A stretch of 63,859 bases of DNA, counting the filler. It is 6 parts of 6 records of this genome, joined end to end, with 100 filler letters (N's around TTAATTAATTAA, not from the genome) between each part and the next. Parts side by side here need not be neighbours in the genome. Positions count along the whole stretch, not along the records: positions 34,698 to 40,894 come from SRR31156797_7544; positions 40,995 to 56,382 come from SRR31156797_7550; 4 more parts are not named here. One strand, written 5' to 3'. Shown piece after piece: positions 38,184 through 47,362 of the stretch; position 1 is the first letter of the stretch; every line of letters starts with the position of its first letter. The translations under genes and the position numbers were made by a program. Under the pieces are notes generated by a model. That model saw only the letters and a program-made list of their open reading frames with translations, had not been told where the DNA came from and did no database searches.

Positions 38184-39569
38184 TTAAAGAAGAATGAAAG
38201 ACAGTACCAGGACAACCGCTATGGTGACCAGTCCCTGTATCAGGGTGGCCACGGTCTGGGACTTGTAGGCAGTCTTAACGTCCATTCCCGTGAACTCGGC
38301 AACAACCCAGAAGTAGGAATCGTTGGCGTGGGAAACGGTCATGGCACCGGCGCCGATGCTCATTACGGTGAGAACCGCGCCGATGGTGGAATCCAGTCCC
38401 AGAGAGGGGAGGAGGGGAGCCATCAGGGCGGAGGTGGTGACCAGCGCCGTTGTGGAAGATCCCTGAGCGGTCTTGAGAGCCGCCGCGATACAGAAGGGAA
38501 CCAGGATGCCCAGGCTCCAGCCGCTCATGGACTGACCCAGATACTCGGCTACGGGTGTGGCCTTGATGATGGCGCCGAAGGCGCCGCCGGCGCCTGTGAT
38601 CAGGATAATGGGTCCGGCCAGTTTGATGCCTTCTCCGATCCACTTCATCAGGACTTCCTCGTTAAGCTTGGGAGCCAGACCCAGGGCGAAGAAGAATCCG
38701 ACGATCAGCGCCATCACGGGCTTACCGAAGAACTTGAACAGATTGGCTATGAATCCGGTTCCCATCAGGTCTCCGGGGAAGGACGCGATGGTTCCCAGAG
38801 CGATCAGAAGAATGGGAATCAGGATGGGAGCGAAAGCCTGAAAGGTGGAAGGGAGCTTGCCGTACTGCTCTTCGATGGCCTTTTCTTCCAGGTCCAGACC
38901 TTTGGCCCAGGCCGCTTCATTATCCAGGTCTTCCTGAATCTTGACCTTTCCGCTGATGTGTTTGGCCCAGAAGAAACCGGCCAGCATGGTAAAAATGGAG
39001 ATGACGATACCGAACATGATGACAAGGCCCAGGCTGTCTTCCAGGCCCAGGTTGCCCGCGGCGGCGATGGGGCCGGGAGTCGGGGGGACAAGGGTGTGGG
39101 ACGCGTAGAGACCGGTAGCCAGGGCAACGCTCATCATGGTAGCCGACACCTTTGCCTTGTGGGTTACCGATTTTCTCAAGGCAGAAAGGATGACATAACC
39201 GGAGTCGCAGAATACGGGGATGGATACGAACCATCCGATGATGCTCATGGCCAGGCCGGGTCTTTTGGGGCCGACTATCCTCAGGATGGTATCCGCCATT
39301 TTGATAGCCGCACCGGATTTCTCAAGGAAAATACCGATAATGGTACCCAGGACGATGACGATTCCGATATAGGCCAGGATGCCTCCGAAGCCGGATCTTA
39401 TGGTGGTCTCAACCGCCATAACATCAAACTGGCCCAGAGCCGAGGCTCCCAGACCGACGAACAGAGCTGCGAAAATCAATGCAATAAAAGGATGCAGCTT
39501 AAATACGGAAGTTGCCACTACGATCAGCACGATGGATGCTACCAGCAGCAGAATCATAACTAAACCCAT
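38184..39569 (-). CDS. GntP-family gluconate/sugar-acid permease (paralog 1)
   Basis: Same motifs as paralog 2; GGAGG RBS before the ATG at 39569. Confidence 0.92.
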   Translation of the reverse strand: MGLVMILLLVASIVLIVVATSVFKLHPFIALIFAALFVGLGASALGQFDVMAVETTIRSGFGGILAYIGIVIVLGTIIGIFLEKSGAAIKMADTILRIVGPKRPGLAMSIIGWFVSIPVFCDSGYVILSALRKSVTHKAKVSATMMSVALATGLYASHTLVPPTPGPIAAAGNLGLEDSLGLVIMFGIVISIFTMLAGFFWAKHISGKVKIQEDLDNEAAWAKGLDLEEKAIEEQYGKLPSTFQAFAPILIPILLIALGTIASFPGDLMGTGFIANLFKFFGKPVMALIVGFFFALGLAPKLNEEVLMKWIGEGIKLAGPIILITGAGGAFGAIIKATPVAEYLGQSMSGWSLGILVPFCIAAALKTAQGSSTTALVTTSALMAPLLPSLGLDSTIGAVLTVMSIGAGAMTVSHANDSYFWVVAEFTGMDVKTAYKSQTVATLIQGLVTIAVVLVLSFILL

Positions 39570-39596
39570 TATTAATCCTCCATTTGGATGTTTTAT

Positions 39597-39733
39597 CTGT
39601 AGTACAGGATCCGTTCTCATCTCTGGAATAACGTCAATACAGAAGAAATAAGCCCTGACCTGTACTACAGGTAAGATGTTATCATGGTTTTCTGAATTCC
39701 ACCAAGGAAAAAATGAAAAAATCTGTACTACAG
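39597..39733. promoter_or_regulatory. Three palindromic GntR/FadR-type operators CTGTA(C/G)TACAG
   Basis: Copies at 39597-39607, 39660-39670 and 39723-39733, upstream of the permease and beside the GntR gene. Confidence 0.75.
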
Positions 39734-39862
39734 GTTTATCGCACTCTCTGATTTCGGGTTCACTGAGCGCCGATCCTGATCGGACCGTTCACGGGAGGCT
39801 ATTTTCGGGATTGCTGTAGGGGGGTGTGTTAAGAGATCGGGTTAGGGGAGAAAGGGGAGATA

Positions 39863-40585
39863 TCAGAGGGTATCGTAAAGCCAGGGATTCCAGCGGTGGT
39901 GCTCTTCGTCTTCGGGCAGCAGCTGTTTCCTCTTCCCTTTGCTCATAAGTTTTTGCAGATGTCTCACCGAGAATATCCCCGCCAGTTCGGCGTCGTTATC
40001 CTTAATGCAGTCGTAAATCTTCCGATGGTCGGCGATGAGCTCATCCCTCTTCTTTCCCTGGTTCAGCTCTCTGGGATAGTGCTGCAGCATGTCCCAGAGC
40101 AGGAGGTTGATGTTATGGACCAGGCTGTTGCCGCAGAGACCGGAGAGGATGGTGTGGAAGGCCCTGGCCAGGTTATAGATATCCTCTTTCCCCCGCCGCT
40201 TTTCCATAGCCGCCATCACCGCGTCCAGCTCCCGGTAGTCGTTGCTGCCGTGATTCTTCAGACACAGCTCGATGATGAGTTTGTCCAGGGAGCAGCGCAG
40301 TTCCAGGATCTCATCAAAATCGCCGCTATTGAACTTCAGCGTGGGGAGGACGACGTTGAGAAAGTTCGAGGAATCCTGTTCGCTCACATAGGAACCGCCG
40401 CCCTTGATCTTGTTCACCAGACCTATGGCGCTCAACTGGTCCAGTGCCGCCCGTACGGGGCCTCGGGACACCTTGAATTCGGAGCAGAGCTCAGCCTCGG
40501 AGGGCAGCCTGTCTCCCGGCTTGTACTCGCCTCGGGAGATCTTCTGTTCGAGAAAGCTGTAGATCATTTCGCTCTTGGATTCCAT
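39863..40585 (-). CDS. GntR/FadR-family transcriptional regulator
   Basis: GDRLPSE.EL...F.VSRGPVR.AL winged HTH, GGGSYV, and an FCD-like C-terminus (FH...GN...H..IYD.I). Confidence 0.92.
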   Translation of the reverse strand: MESKSEMIYSFLEQKISRGEYKPGDRLPSEAELCSEFKVSRGPVRAALDQLSAIGLVNKIKGGGSYVSEQDSSNFLNVVLPTLKFNSGDFDEILELRCSLDKLIIELCLKNHGSNDYRELDAVMAAMEKRRGKEDIYNLARAFHTILSGLCGNSLVHNINLLLWDMLQHYPRELNQGKKRDELIADHRKIYDCIKDNDAELAGIFSVRHLQKLMSKGKRKQLLPEDEEHHRWNPWLYDTL

Positions 40586-40668
40586 CGCTTAACAATACAG
40601 GGAATGGGAGGGCGTTGGCAAGGACGGATTAACGATGTGGGATTCGGTACTTGCTCCCGCCAGGAACT

Positions 40669-40894
40669 CTAATCTTTCTGAAGCTTATCCTTGTAGGCTC
40701 CCGGCGACATGCCCTGGTACTTTTTAAAGACCCTGATAAAGGTATTAGCGCTGTTGAAGCCCAGCTCCTTTGCCAGGCTCTTAATCTTGGTCTTTTCATC
40801 TTTCTCCAGGATCTTCAGGGCCTGATCGATACGGTACTGGTTCAGTACATCCTTGAAATTGGATCCTGTTGCCCTTTTGAAGAGAATGCTGCTG
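40669..40894 (-). CDS. AraC-family regulator, C-terminal fragment (5'-truncated; not in ORF track)
   Basis: SILFKRATGSNFKDVLNQYRIDQALKIL...IKSLAKELGFNSANTFIRVFKKYQGMSPGAYK. Confidence 0.88.
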
Positions 40895-40994
40895 NNNNNN
40901 NNNNNNNNNNNNNNNNNNNNNNNNNNNNNNNNNNNNNNTTAATTAATTAANNNNNNNNNNNNNNNNNNNNNNNNNNNNNNNNNNNNNNNNNNNN
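40895..40994. other. Artificial contig spacer
   Basis: N44-TTAATTAATTAA-N44. Confidence 0.99.
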
Positions 40995-41228
40995 GTCAGG
41001 ATCAATGCTGAGTATACGACTTGAATTTTGTTGATTAGTAGGGGGAAATAATCCCTCTGTGGTTCTTTTTTATTATTTCTTTTGTTCTCATCCGTTACTA
41101 ATTAAAATGGGCACATATCGGAAAAATTAAATAATGTGCATTGGTATGTAGCGTTAAAAAAATTTCAATATTTGTTACTTCTTATTGCTCTTTTAAGCAT
41201 TAACCCAAAAACAATTGGATTAAGTAAC

Positions 41229-42392
41229 ATGGAAACACAAATAAAGGCTATCAAACTAATTATCATATTTATTATCCTGGCTTCACTTTTCCCTGATGTC
41301 AAAACAGGTTTTATTGATATGTTATCTCCTGCTCAATCTTTGGATGACTTCGTTCCTGAAAAAGTAGCATATAATGATGGTAGGATAAGTGGTATTGATT
41401 GTTCTCCAGATAACAAATATGTTGCATTTGGTTGTGCTATTGATGAATCTATAATGCTATGGAATAAAACAAAAGAAACGGGATCATTTGGGTATAACGG
41501 GGTTCAAAACAGTGGGTATATTGATATTTTAGGAAAGGAACCGTATAGTATAGCAGGGTTAGAGTTTTCACCAGACAGTAAATATTTGTTGGTATATTCA
41601 AATGATTATGATCCTGAACATTTTAAATCCCATCTCTCGTTATATAATGTTGAAAATAAAACCATTATCCGAGGACATGATATTGATTATAACTATATAG
41701 GGGATGTTGCTTTTTCTCCAGATGGAAGATACTATGCATTTTCTTATAAACCAGAAAACGATTCTGGTCAGTGTACTGTTAACTTGTGGGATACAGAAGC
41801 AGGTGAGATTGCAAACTCTATCGTCAGCGATAATTATGGAGTGAAATCACTTACTTTTACTCCTGATGGCAAATCTATAGTAATAAGTTTTGAAGGCAAT
41901 GAAGATAATGCAGATAGCATCGTTTTCTTTAGTGCAGATACAGGCAACATTCATACGACCCTGGATGGAATTTCTGCATATAAATTGCAATTTTCTAATG
42001 ATGGAAGCATTTTAGCAGGAGAAAATGCGAATGGTAAAGGACTTTTAGTATGGGATACCGCTTCATATGAAGTATTAGGTAGATTTTATGATATTGACCG
42101 TCCTTATGATATCTCTTTATCTCCCGATGGTAAATTCCTTATGGCAGTCGATCCATCTGCTTTAATTGTATGGGACATATCCTCGGAAAAGCAAGTTTTG
42201 AGGACGAAAAGCTACAAACTAGACGATGTACGGGATTTTGAAGCAGCAACTTTCTCTGCTGATGGAAAACAGATCATAGTTGGACTTGAGGCTACGGAAG
42301 ATTCTAGGTATTTAGTAGGAACCAAGTTTGATGAGAGCATGGTTTTTATATATAATTTCACGGAGATTGTGGAAAGTTACTATGAGAAGTAG
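41229..42392 (+). CDS. Membrane-anchored/secreted WD40-repeat beta-propeller protein
   Basis: Repeated (F)SPDG...WD units and an N-terminal hydrophobic segment. Start is uncertain (ATG 41229 versus GTG 41136). Confidence 0.8.
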   Translation: METQIKAIKLIIIFIILASLFPDVKTGFIDMLSPAQSLDDFVPEKVAYNDGRISGIDCSPDNKYVAFGCAIDESIMLWNKTKETGSFGYNGVQNSGYIDILGKEPYSIAGLEFSPDSKYLLVYSNDYDPEHFKSHLSLYNVENKTIIRGHDIDYNYIGDVAFSPDGRYYAFSYKPENDSGQCTVNLWDTEAGEIANSIVSDNYGVKSLTFTPDGKSIVISFEGNEDNADSIVFFSADTGNIHTTLDGISAYKLQFSNDGSILAGENANGKGLLVWDTASYEVLGRFYDIDRPYDISLSPDGKFLMAVDPSALIVWDISSEKQVLRTKSYKLDDVRDFEAATFSADGKQIIVGLEATEDSRYLVGTKFDESMVFIYNFTEIVESYYEK

Positions 42393-42609
42393 TTTTATTT
42401 TTTCGGCTCTGTAGACTTTCTCATTGAATGCAGAAGTAAAGTTTAAGCAACAGATTATTTCATTCATTTTTTCGGATTGTGCCGGCTTCGCCGGAACCCT
42501 TCGGGACGGTTGAAGTTATTCATGGCAGACTTTCTAATTTTGCTGTTGGGATGCTTTAGAGCCGAAATATAGAATAACAATACAATAGTTAGGGTATCTG
42601 AGGAAGATA

Positions 42610-43551
42610 ATGTACAAGATATACGTGGACGGTCAGCATGGAACGACCGGCTTACTGGTAAATGAGCGTCTGGCAAAGCATCCGCAGGTTGAGATACTTG
42701 AGATTCCATATGAGGAGCGTCACAACAGGGAATTGAGGACGAAGCTGCTTAATGAGGCGGATCTTGTGTTCCTGTGCCTGCCGGATGAGGCGGTTGAGGA
42801 CACGGTGAGTTTGATAACGAATCCGAATACAAAGATCATCGATGCATCCACAGCCAATCGTATAAATGAATCCTGGGCTTATGGGTTGCCTGAACTCTCT
42901 GTCTCGCACAGGGAGGAGATAACCGGGGCAAGCAAAGTGTCCAATCCGGGTTGTCATGCCACGGCTTGCATTGTAGCTCTTTATCCACTTGTTGAGGAAG
43001 GTATCATTACAAAGGAAACAGCAGTTCCGTTGTTCTCCATAACCGGGTATACTGGTGGCGGGAAACAAATGATCAAGACATACGAGACCACAGAAGTTCG
43101 TGCATATAAGGCTCCAAGGCAGTATGCTCTTGGACTGGCTCACAAGCATGTGCCTGAGATCAGGGTGCACTCCGGTCTTAGCGTGAATCCGATGTTTATG
43201 CCGGTTGTTTCCAATTTCCCAAGGGGACTGGCTGTTACATTGCCATTGTCCGCGAAGGATCTTGAAAAGGCTGTGACAAAAAAAGATCTGTATGAGCTTT
43301 ATCGGAAATATTATGGTGATTCTATTTTCATCCGCGTTCATGAAGTTGATGAGGCAGATGATCTGGTGGACAATGCCTTCGATGTTCAGGGAAGTAATGA
43401 CACCAACTATCTGGACCTATACATTTACGGCAACGATGAGCAGATACAGGTGATATCCCGTCTGGACAATCTCGGGAAAGGTGCATCAGGTGCTGCCATA
43501 CAGAATATGAACATCATGCTTGGCATGGATGAAACAACCGGTCTTTTGTGA
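42610..43551 (+). CDS. argC: N-acetyl-gamma-glutamyl-phosphate reductase, type 2
   Basis: VDGQHGTTG, IIDASTA.R, VSNPGCHAT, SITGYTGGG and LDNLGKGASGAAIQNMN motifs. Confidence 0.93.
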   Translation: MYKIYVDGQHGTTGLLVNERLAKHPQVEILEIPYEERHNRELRTKLLNEADLVFLCLPDEAVEDTVSLITNPNTKIIDASTANRINESWAYGLPELSVSHREEITGASKVSNPGCHATACIVALYPLVEEGIITKETAVPLFSITGYTGGGKQMIKTYETTEVRAYKAPRQYALGLAHKHVPEIRVHSGLSVNPMFMPVVSNFPRGLAVTLPLSAKDLEKAVTKKDLYELYRKYYGDSIFIRVHEVDEADDLVDNAFDVQGSNDTNYLDLYIYGNDEQIQVISRLDNLGKGASGAAIQNMNIMLGMDETTGLL

Positions 43552-43651
43552 GATCGGACACTATTCTTTTTTTCTTCAGTTTTCTTTATTTTTTCTTCAT
43601 GCATCGCATATAAATACTGTATAAACATAATTATATCCATTGGGTGAGATA

Positions 43652-45145
43652 ATGGAGATCTCTGATTGGGAGAAACGGTATGATGAGGCAGTTTCGACTG
43701 TCAAGGGACAGCTTGGGAACGTGCGGGGAGTGTTCGTGGCGTACAACAGCAATGTTGATGCTATGAAACATATCAGGGAAGAAGATATAAAGAAGCTCAT
43801 AGGTATCATTGGTTTTAAAAATTTGCGAGAACGAATAATCGATTATCCCAGGGAAATAAAAGATCCTGTTGATTTCATGGCCCGTCTTTTCATTGCAATG
43901 AGGGATGGAAAAGCGGCTGAAGTTCCCACTTACACCAGTGACATTCACGAATGGCTAATGGACAATCTTGTTTTTGACTCTGCCAGGATGGGTGGTCAGG
44001 CAGGTATCATATCCAATCTTCTTGCAACAATTGGCGTGAAGAACGTCATAACATATGTGCCTTGGCTTGCAAGGGAGCAGGCAGACTATTTTGTAGACTC
44101 TCCGGATCTCTGGCATCCCGTCATCGAGAATGGAAAACTTACTCTAAAACATCCTAAGGAAGCATTCAACCCTGAACAGAAACCAAAGATTAACTGGATA
44201 ATCGAATTCTCAAAAGGTATGAGGTTCAGGTGTGCAGGAGAGGAATTCAAGGTTCCAAGGGATAATCGTCTTATAGTTTCCTCAAGGCCCCACTGGATAC
44301 GTATCGATATGAGTGAAGAGATGTATCAACAATTATCTGAAATACGTGAGGACATTGACGGTGCTATACTTTCAGGCTACCAGATGATAAAAGAGGAATA
44401 CGAGGACGGTACCACATATGTTGATTATGTAAAAAAAGCAGTGGATGTGATAGAGCGTCTGAAAGGTTGCAATCCTGATATGCGTATACACGTGGAATTC
44501 ACATCCATACAGAACAAAGTCATCCGCAAAGCCCTTCTTACTGATATCGTTAAGGAGCATGTCACGTCCCTTGGTCTTGATACCGTGGAGGTTGCCAACG
44601 CTCTCAATGTGCTTGGATACGAGGAACTTGCATATTCCGTAATTAACAAAGGTGAGGACGGTGTTGTATCACTTTATGAGGGGGCAGTCAGGCTTTTAAA
44701 GGAACTTGACCTCCAGAGGGTTCACATTCACTCACTTGGATTCTATATCTGTGTAGTTTCAAAGGATCATCCTTTAGATATGAACGACCAGAGGGAAGCT
44801 CTGCTTTTTGCCTCGACACTTGCAGCTACCCAGGCAACACTCGGCTCCATCACAGATGTCGATGATGTTTCTGTAGGTCTCGGTGTTCCTGTTTATGATC
44901 AGGGATTTGAAGATCTCATAGAGCTCGAGAAATATCTTGTCAGAAGAGGTGTCTGTTCCGCCGAGGATTTCGAAGATGGATGTATCAGTGCAGAGGATCA
45001 TGATCTAATCATCATCCCGTCTAAGGTTGTAAAGGACCCTGTAGCAACAGTTGGTATAGGTGATGCAATATCAGCCGGTGCTTTCATTGCCTTGCTTGCA
45101 AAGATGCCAAAGGTCAATGTATGCAAAGTAATGGAAGTAGCCTGA
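43652..45145 (+). CDS. pfkC: ADP-dependent phosphofructokinase
   Basis: AYNSNVDA, RMGGQAGIISN, INWIIEF, PRDNR and TVGIGDAIS motifs; first of a tandem ADP-kinase pair. Confidence 0.85.
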   Translation: MEISDWEKRYDEAVSTVKGQLGNVRGVFVAYNSNVDAMKHIREEDIKKLIGIIGFKNLRERIIDYPREIKDPVDFMARLFIAMRDGKAAEVPTYTSDIHEWLMDNLVFDSARMGGQAGIISNLLATIGVKNVITYVPWLAREQADYFVDSPDLWHPVIENGKLTLKHPKEAFNPEQKPKINWIIEFSKGMRFRCAGEEFKVPRDNRLIVSSRPHWIRIDMSEEMYQQLSEIREDIDGAILSGYQMIKEEYEDGTTYVDYVKKAVDVIERLKGCNPDMRIHVEFTSIQNKVIRKALLTDIVKEHVTSLGLDTVEVANALNVLGYEELAYSVINKGEDGVVSLYEGAVRLLKELDLQRVHIHSLGFYICVVSKDHPLDMNDQREALLFASTLAATQATLGSITDVDDVSVGLGVPVYDQGFEDLIELEKYLVRRGVCSAEDFEDGCISAEDHDLIIIPSKVVKDPVATVGIGDAISAGAFIALLAKMPKVNVCKVMEVA

Positions 45146-46494
45146 TGAATATTCTATGTGCTTACAATGCGAACATAGATTCTATATATCACATCGATGG
45201 CAAGGAACTTTCACGTTTGCTTGCCAACTGTCCGGATGTTCGGGAAAAGATTAACAATTCACCAGGTTCCATATCAACAATATCTGATGTCCTTGCAGGT
45301 ATCGTGCTATGTATGCGCGATGGTACTGGTGCCGAATGGTTGATCCATGAGAGTGGGGTATTCGACTGGCTGAAGGAGACTTTCCTGGATCGTTCTTTCA
45401 TGAGAATGGGGGGCAACATGGGTATTATGTCCAATGTTCTCTCTGAACTGGGAGCTTCAAAGGTTATCCCGAATGTTGGCAGTCTGACAGAACTTCAGGC
45501 TTCGTTTTTTTCACAAAAAGCTATTTTTTATCCCTTTAACGAAAAATTGTATAAAAGCAGTGAACTGGGGTCGATATTTCGACCGGATCATGCGGTTTCT
45601 GAGATTATTCATTTTGTTTTTGATATTAAAAAAGGTGACACACTTACTCTTGGAGACAAGCAAATCATTGCTCCAAGGGAGAATCGTTTCATAGCTACTT
45701 TTGATCCTCTGAACTTCCGGCTCCATATTGATGAACATTTCCGTGTCTATGCTCTGGAACATGCAAAAGAGATGGATGGTGCTATAGTTTCCGGTTACCA
45801 CATGCTTCGTGAGGATATGGAAGATTGTGACTACAGGGAAAGACTGGATTCTTCCCTTGAACAATTGATGAGCTGGAAAAAGGAGAAGGATGATCTCCAT
45901 ATACATGCGGAATTCGGAGATTTCTCCTCGGAGAACATAGCATCCTATGCATTCTCAATTCTTTCGCCGGTAGTGGATCGTATAGGCATGAACGAGGATG
46001 AACTTGCCAGGTTGGCCTTGGTAAGCGGTATGGATTCCAAACCAATACTTGCAATGGATCCTGTAGCAATAGCAGAGTCTGCGATAAGCCTCTGTAATGA
46101 TTTTGGGCTTTGCAGAATGCTAATACACACAAGGGAATTCGTGCTTTCTGTTTCATACATGAAAGAAGATGATCCCGAACTTATCATACAGGCAATGGAC
46201 TTTGGAGTGAAGTGCGCAGCTGCCTTTGCATGTTCCGGTAAGCTTGCTGACAGGGAAACACTGCTGGATATAGCATCCGGGATTGGGGAAAGTAAATTCG
46301 GCAGGAAAGCTTCAGTGGACCTGTCAAAGCACATGGGTGAAGAATGTGGTTTAAGAGGGGTCTGTGGAACACACAGGTCATATCAGCTGGCCATGATCCC
46401 GACCCGGATATGTGATGAGCCTGTTTCCACCGTGGGACTCGGGGACACTATATCAGCCGCTATTTTTTTAAGGGAGCTTGAACTCAACTCCTGA
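45145..46494 (+). CDS. ADP-dependent glucokinase
   Basis: AYNANID, RMGGNMGIMSN, IHFVFD, PRENRF, GMNEDE and STVGLGDTIS motifs; TGATG coupling. Confidence 0.85.
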   Translation: MNILCAYNANIDSIYHIDGKELSRLLANCPDVREKINNSPGSISTISDVLAGIVLCMRDGTGAEWLIHESGVFDWLKETFLDRSFMRMGGNMGIMSNVLSELGASKVIPNVGSLTELQASFFSQKAIFYPFNEKLYKSSELGSIFRPDHAVSEIIHFVFDIKKGDTLTLGDKQIIAPRENRFIATFDPLNFRLHIDEHFRVYALEHAKEMDGAIVSGYHMLREDMEDCDYRERLDSSLEQLMSWKKEKDDLHIHAEFGDFSSENIASYAFSILSPVVDRIGMNEDELARLALVSGMDSKPILAMDPVAIAESAISLCNDFGLCRMLIHTREFVLSVSYMKEDDPELIIQAMDFGVKCAAAFACSGKLADRETLLDIASGIGESKFGRKASVDLSKHMGEECGLRGVCGTHRSYQLAMIPTRICDEPVSTVGLGDTISAAIFLRELELNS

Positions 46495-47332
46495 CATGTA
46501 CACTATTTTCTCAGAGAACTTCAATCTGGACTATACCCTTGATTGTGGCCAGGTCTTCCGTTGGGACCTCATTGATGGCTGGTGGACCGGGGTTGTGAAC
46601 GGTGATGTTGCAAGGTTGCAGCAGGACCCAAAAAGCGGTGATGTTACGGTGGAATCAAAGCTACCGAAAATCTTCTTTGAGAATTACTTCCGTTTTGATG
46701 ATGACCTTGATTTCATCCTTCGGGAAGTGAACAAAGATCAGTTCATGGACGAGGCCATAAGCAAATACATGGGACTACGCCTTATCAGACAGGATCCGTG
46801 GGAATGCCTCATATCATATATGCTTGCAACAGCCTGGAGTATCCCCAATATCAAAAGAGCGATCTCCATGATGTGCAGCAACTACGGTGAAGAAATAGAG
46901 AACGGATATTACAGTTTTCCTGAGCCACATTCACTTGTCCATGCATGTGATGACGATTTGCGGGCCTGCAAATTAGGCTTCAGGGGAGGTCGTGTGATCA
47001 AGGCTGCTGGACATGTTGAGAGCGGGAATCTCATTCTTGATGATGTCTTTGAACTGGACTACGAAGCTGCAAAACAGAGACTGATGTTTCTTGAAGGCAT
47101 CGGTGAAAAGGTTGCTGATTGTATACTTCTTTTTGCATTTGATAAAATGGAAGCTTTCCCTGTGGATACCCATGTGGAAAAGGTTGTGAAGACGGTCTAC
47201 GGTGATCATGAGTTCTTCAATGGCAATGCCACAAAAAGCAAGATAGGCAAGTGGGGCCGCATGTATTTTGGGCACTACTGTGGTTATGCACAGCAATATT
47301 TCTTCTACCAGAAAAGACTTGAAGGTCTTTGA
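46478..47332 (+). CDS. 8-oxoguanine DNA glycosylase/AP lyase (OGG1-type, HhH-GPD)
   Basis: TLDCGQVFRW, QDPWECLIS, GIGEKVADC..LF...FPVDTH and GYAQQY motifs. Confidence 0.9.
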   Translation: MNSTPDMYTIFSENFNLDYTLDCGQVFRWDLIDGWWTGVVNGDVARLQQDPKSGDVTVESKLPKIFFENYFRFDDDLDFILREVNKDQFMDEAISKYMGLRLIRQDPWECLISYMLATAWSIPNIKRAISMMCSNYGEEIENGYYSFPEPHSLVHACDDDLRACKLGFRGGRVIKAAGHVESGNLILDDVFELDYEAAKQRLMFLEGIGEKVADCILLFAFDKMEAFPVDTHVEKVVKTVYGDHEFFNGNATKSKIGKWGRMYFGHYCGYAQQYFFYQKRLEGL

Positions 47333-47362
47333 ATCTCCTATCCGGGACCTGATATTTAGTTT

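Noticed and set aside
38115-40672. Long antisense ORFs (38115-39563 +, 39896-40672 +; similarly 34969-35922 - and many in 18.9-25.4 kb)
   Set aside because: Shadow frames of GC-rich genes with clear family motifs on the opposite strand; no motifs of their own.
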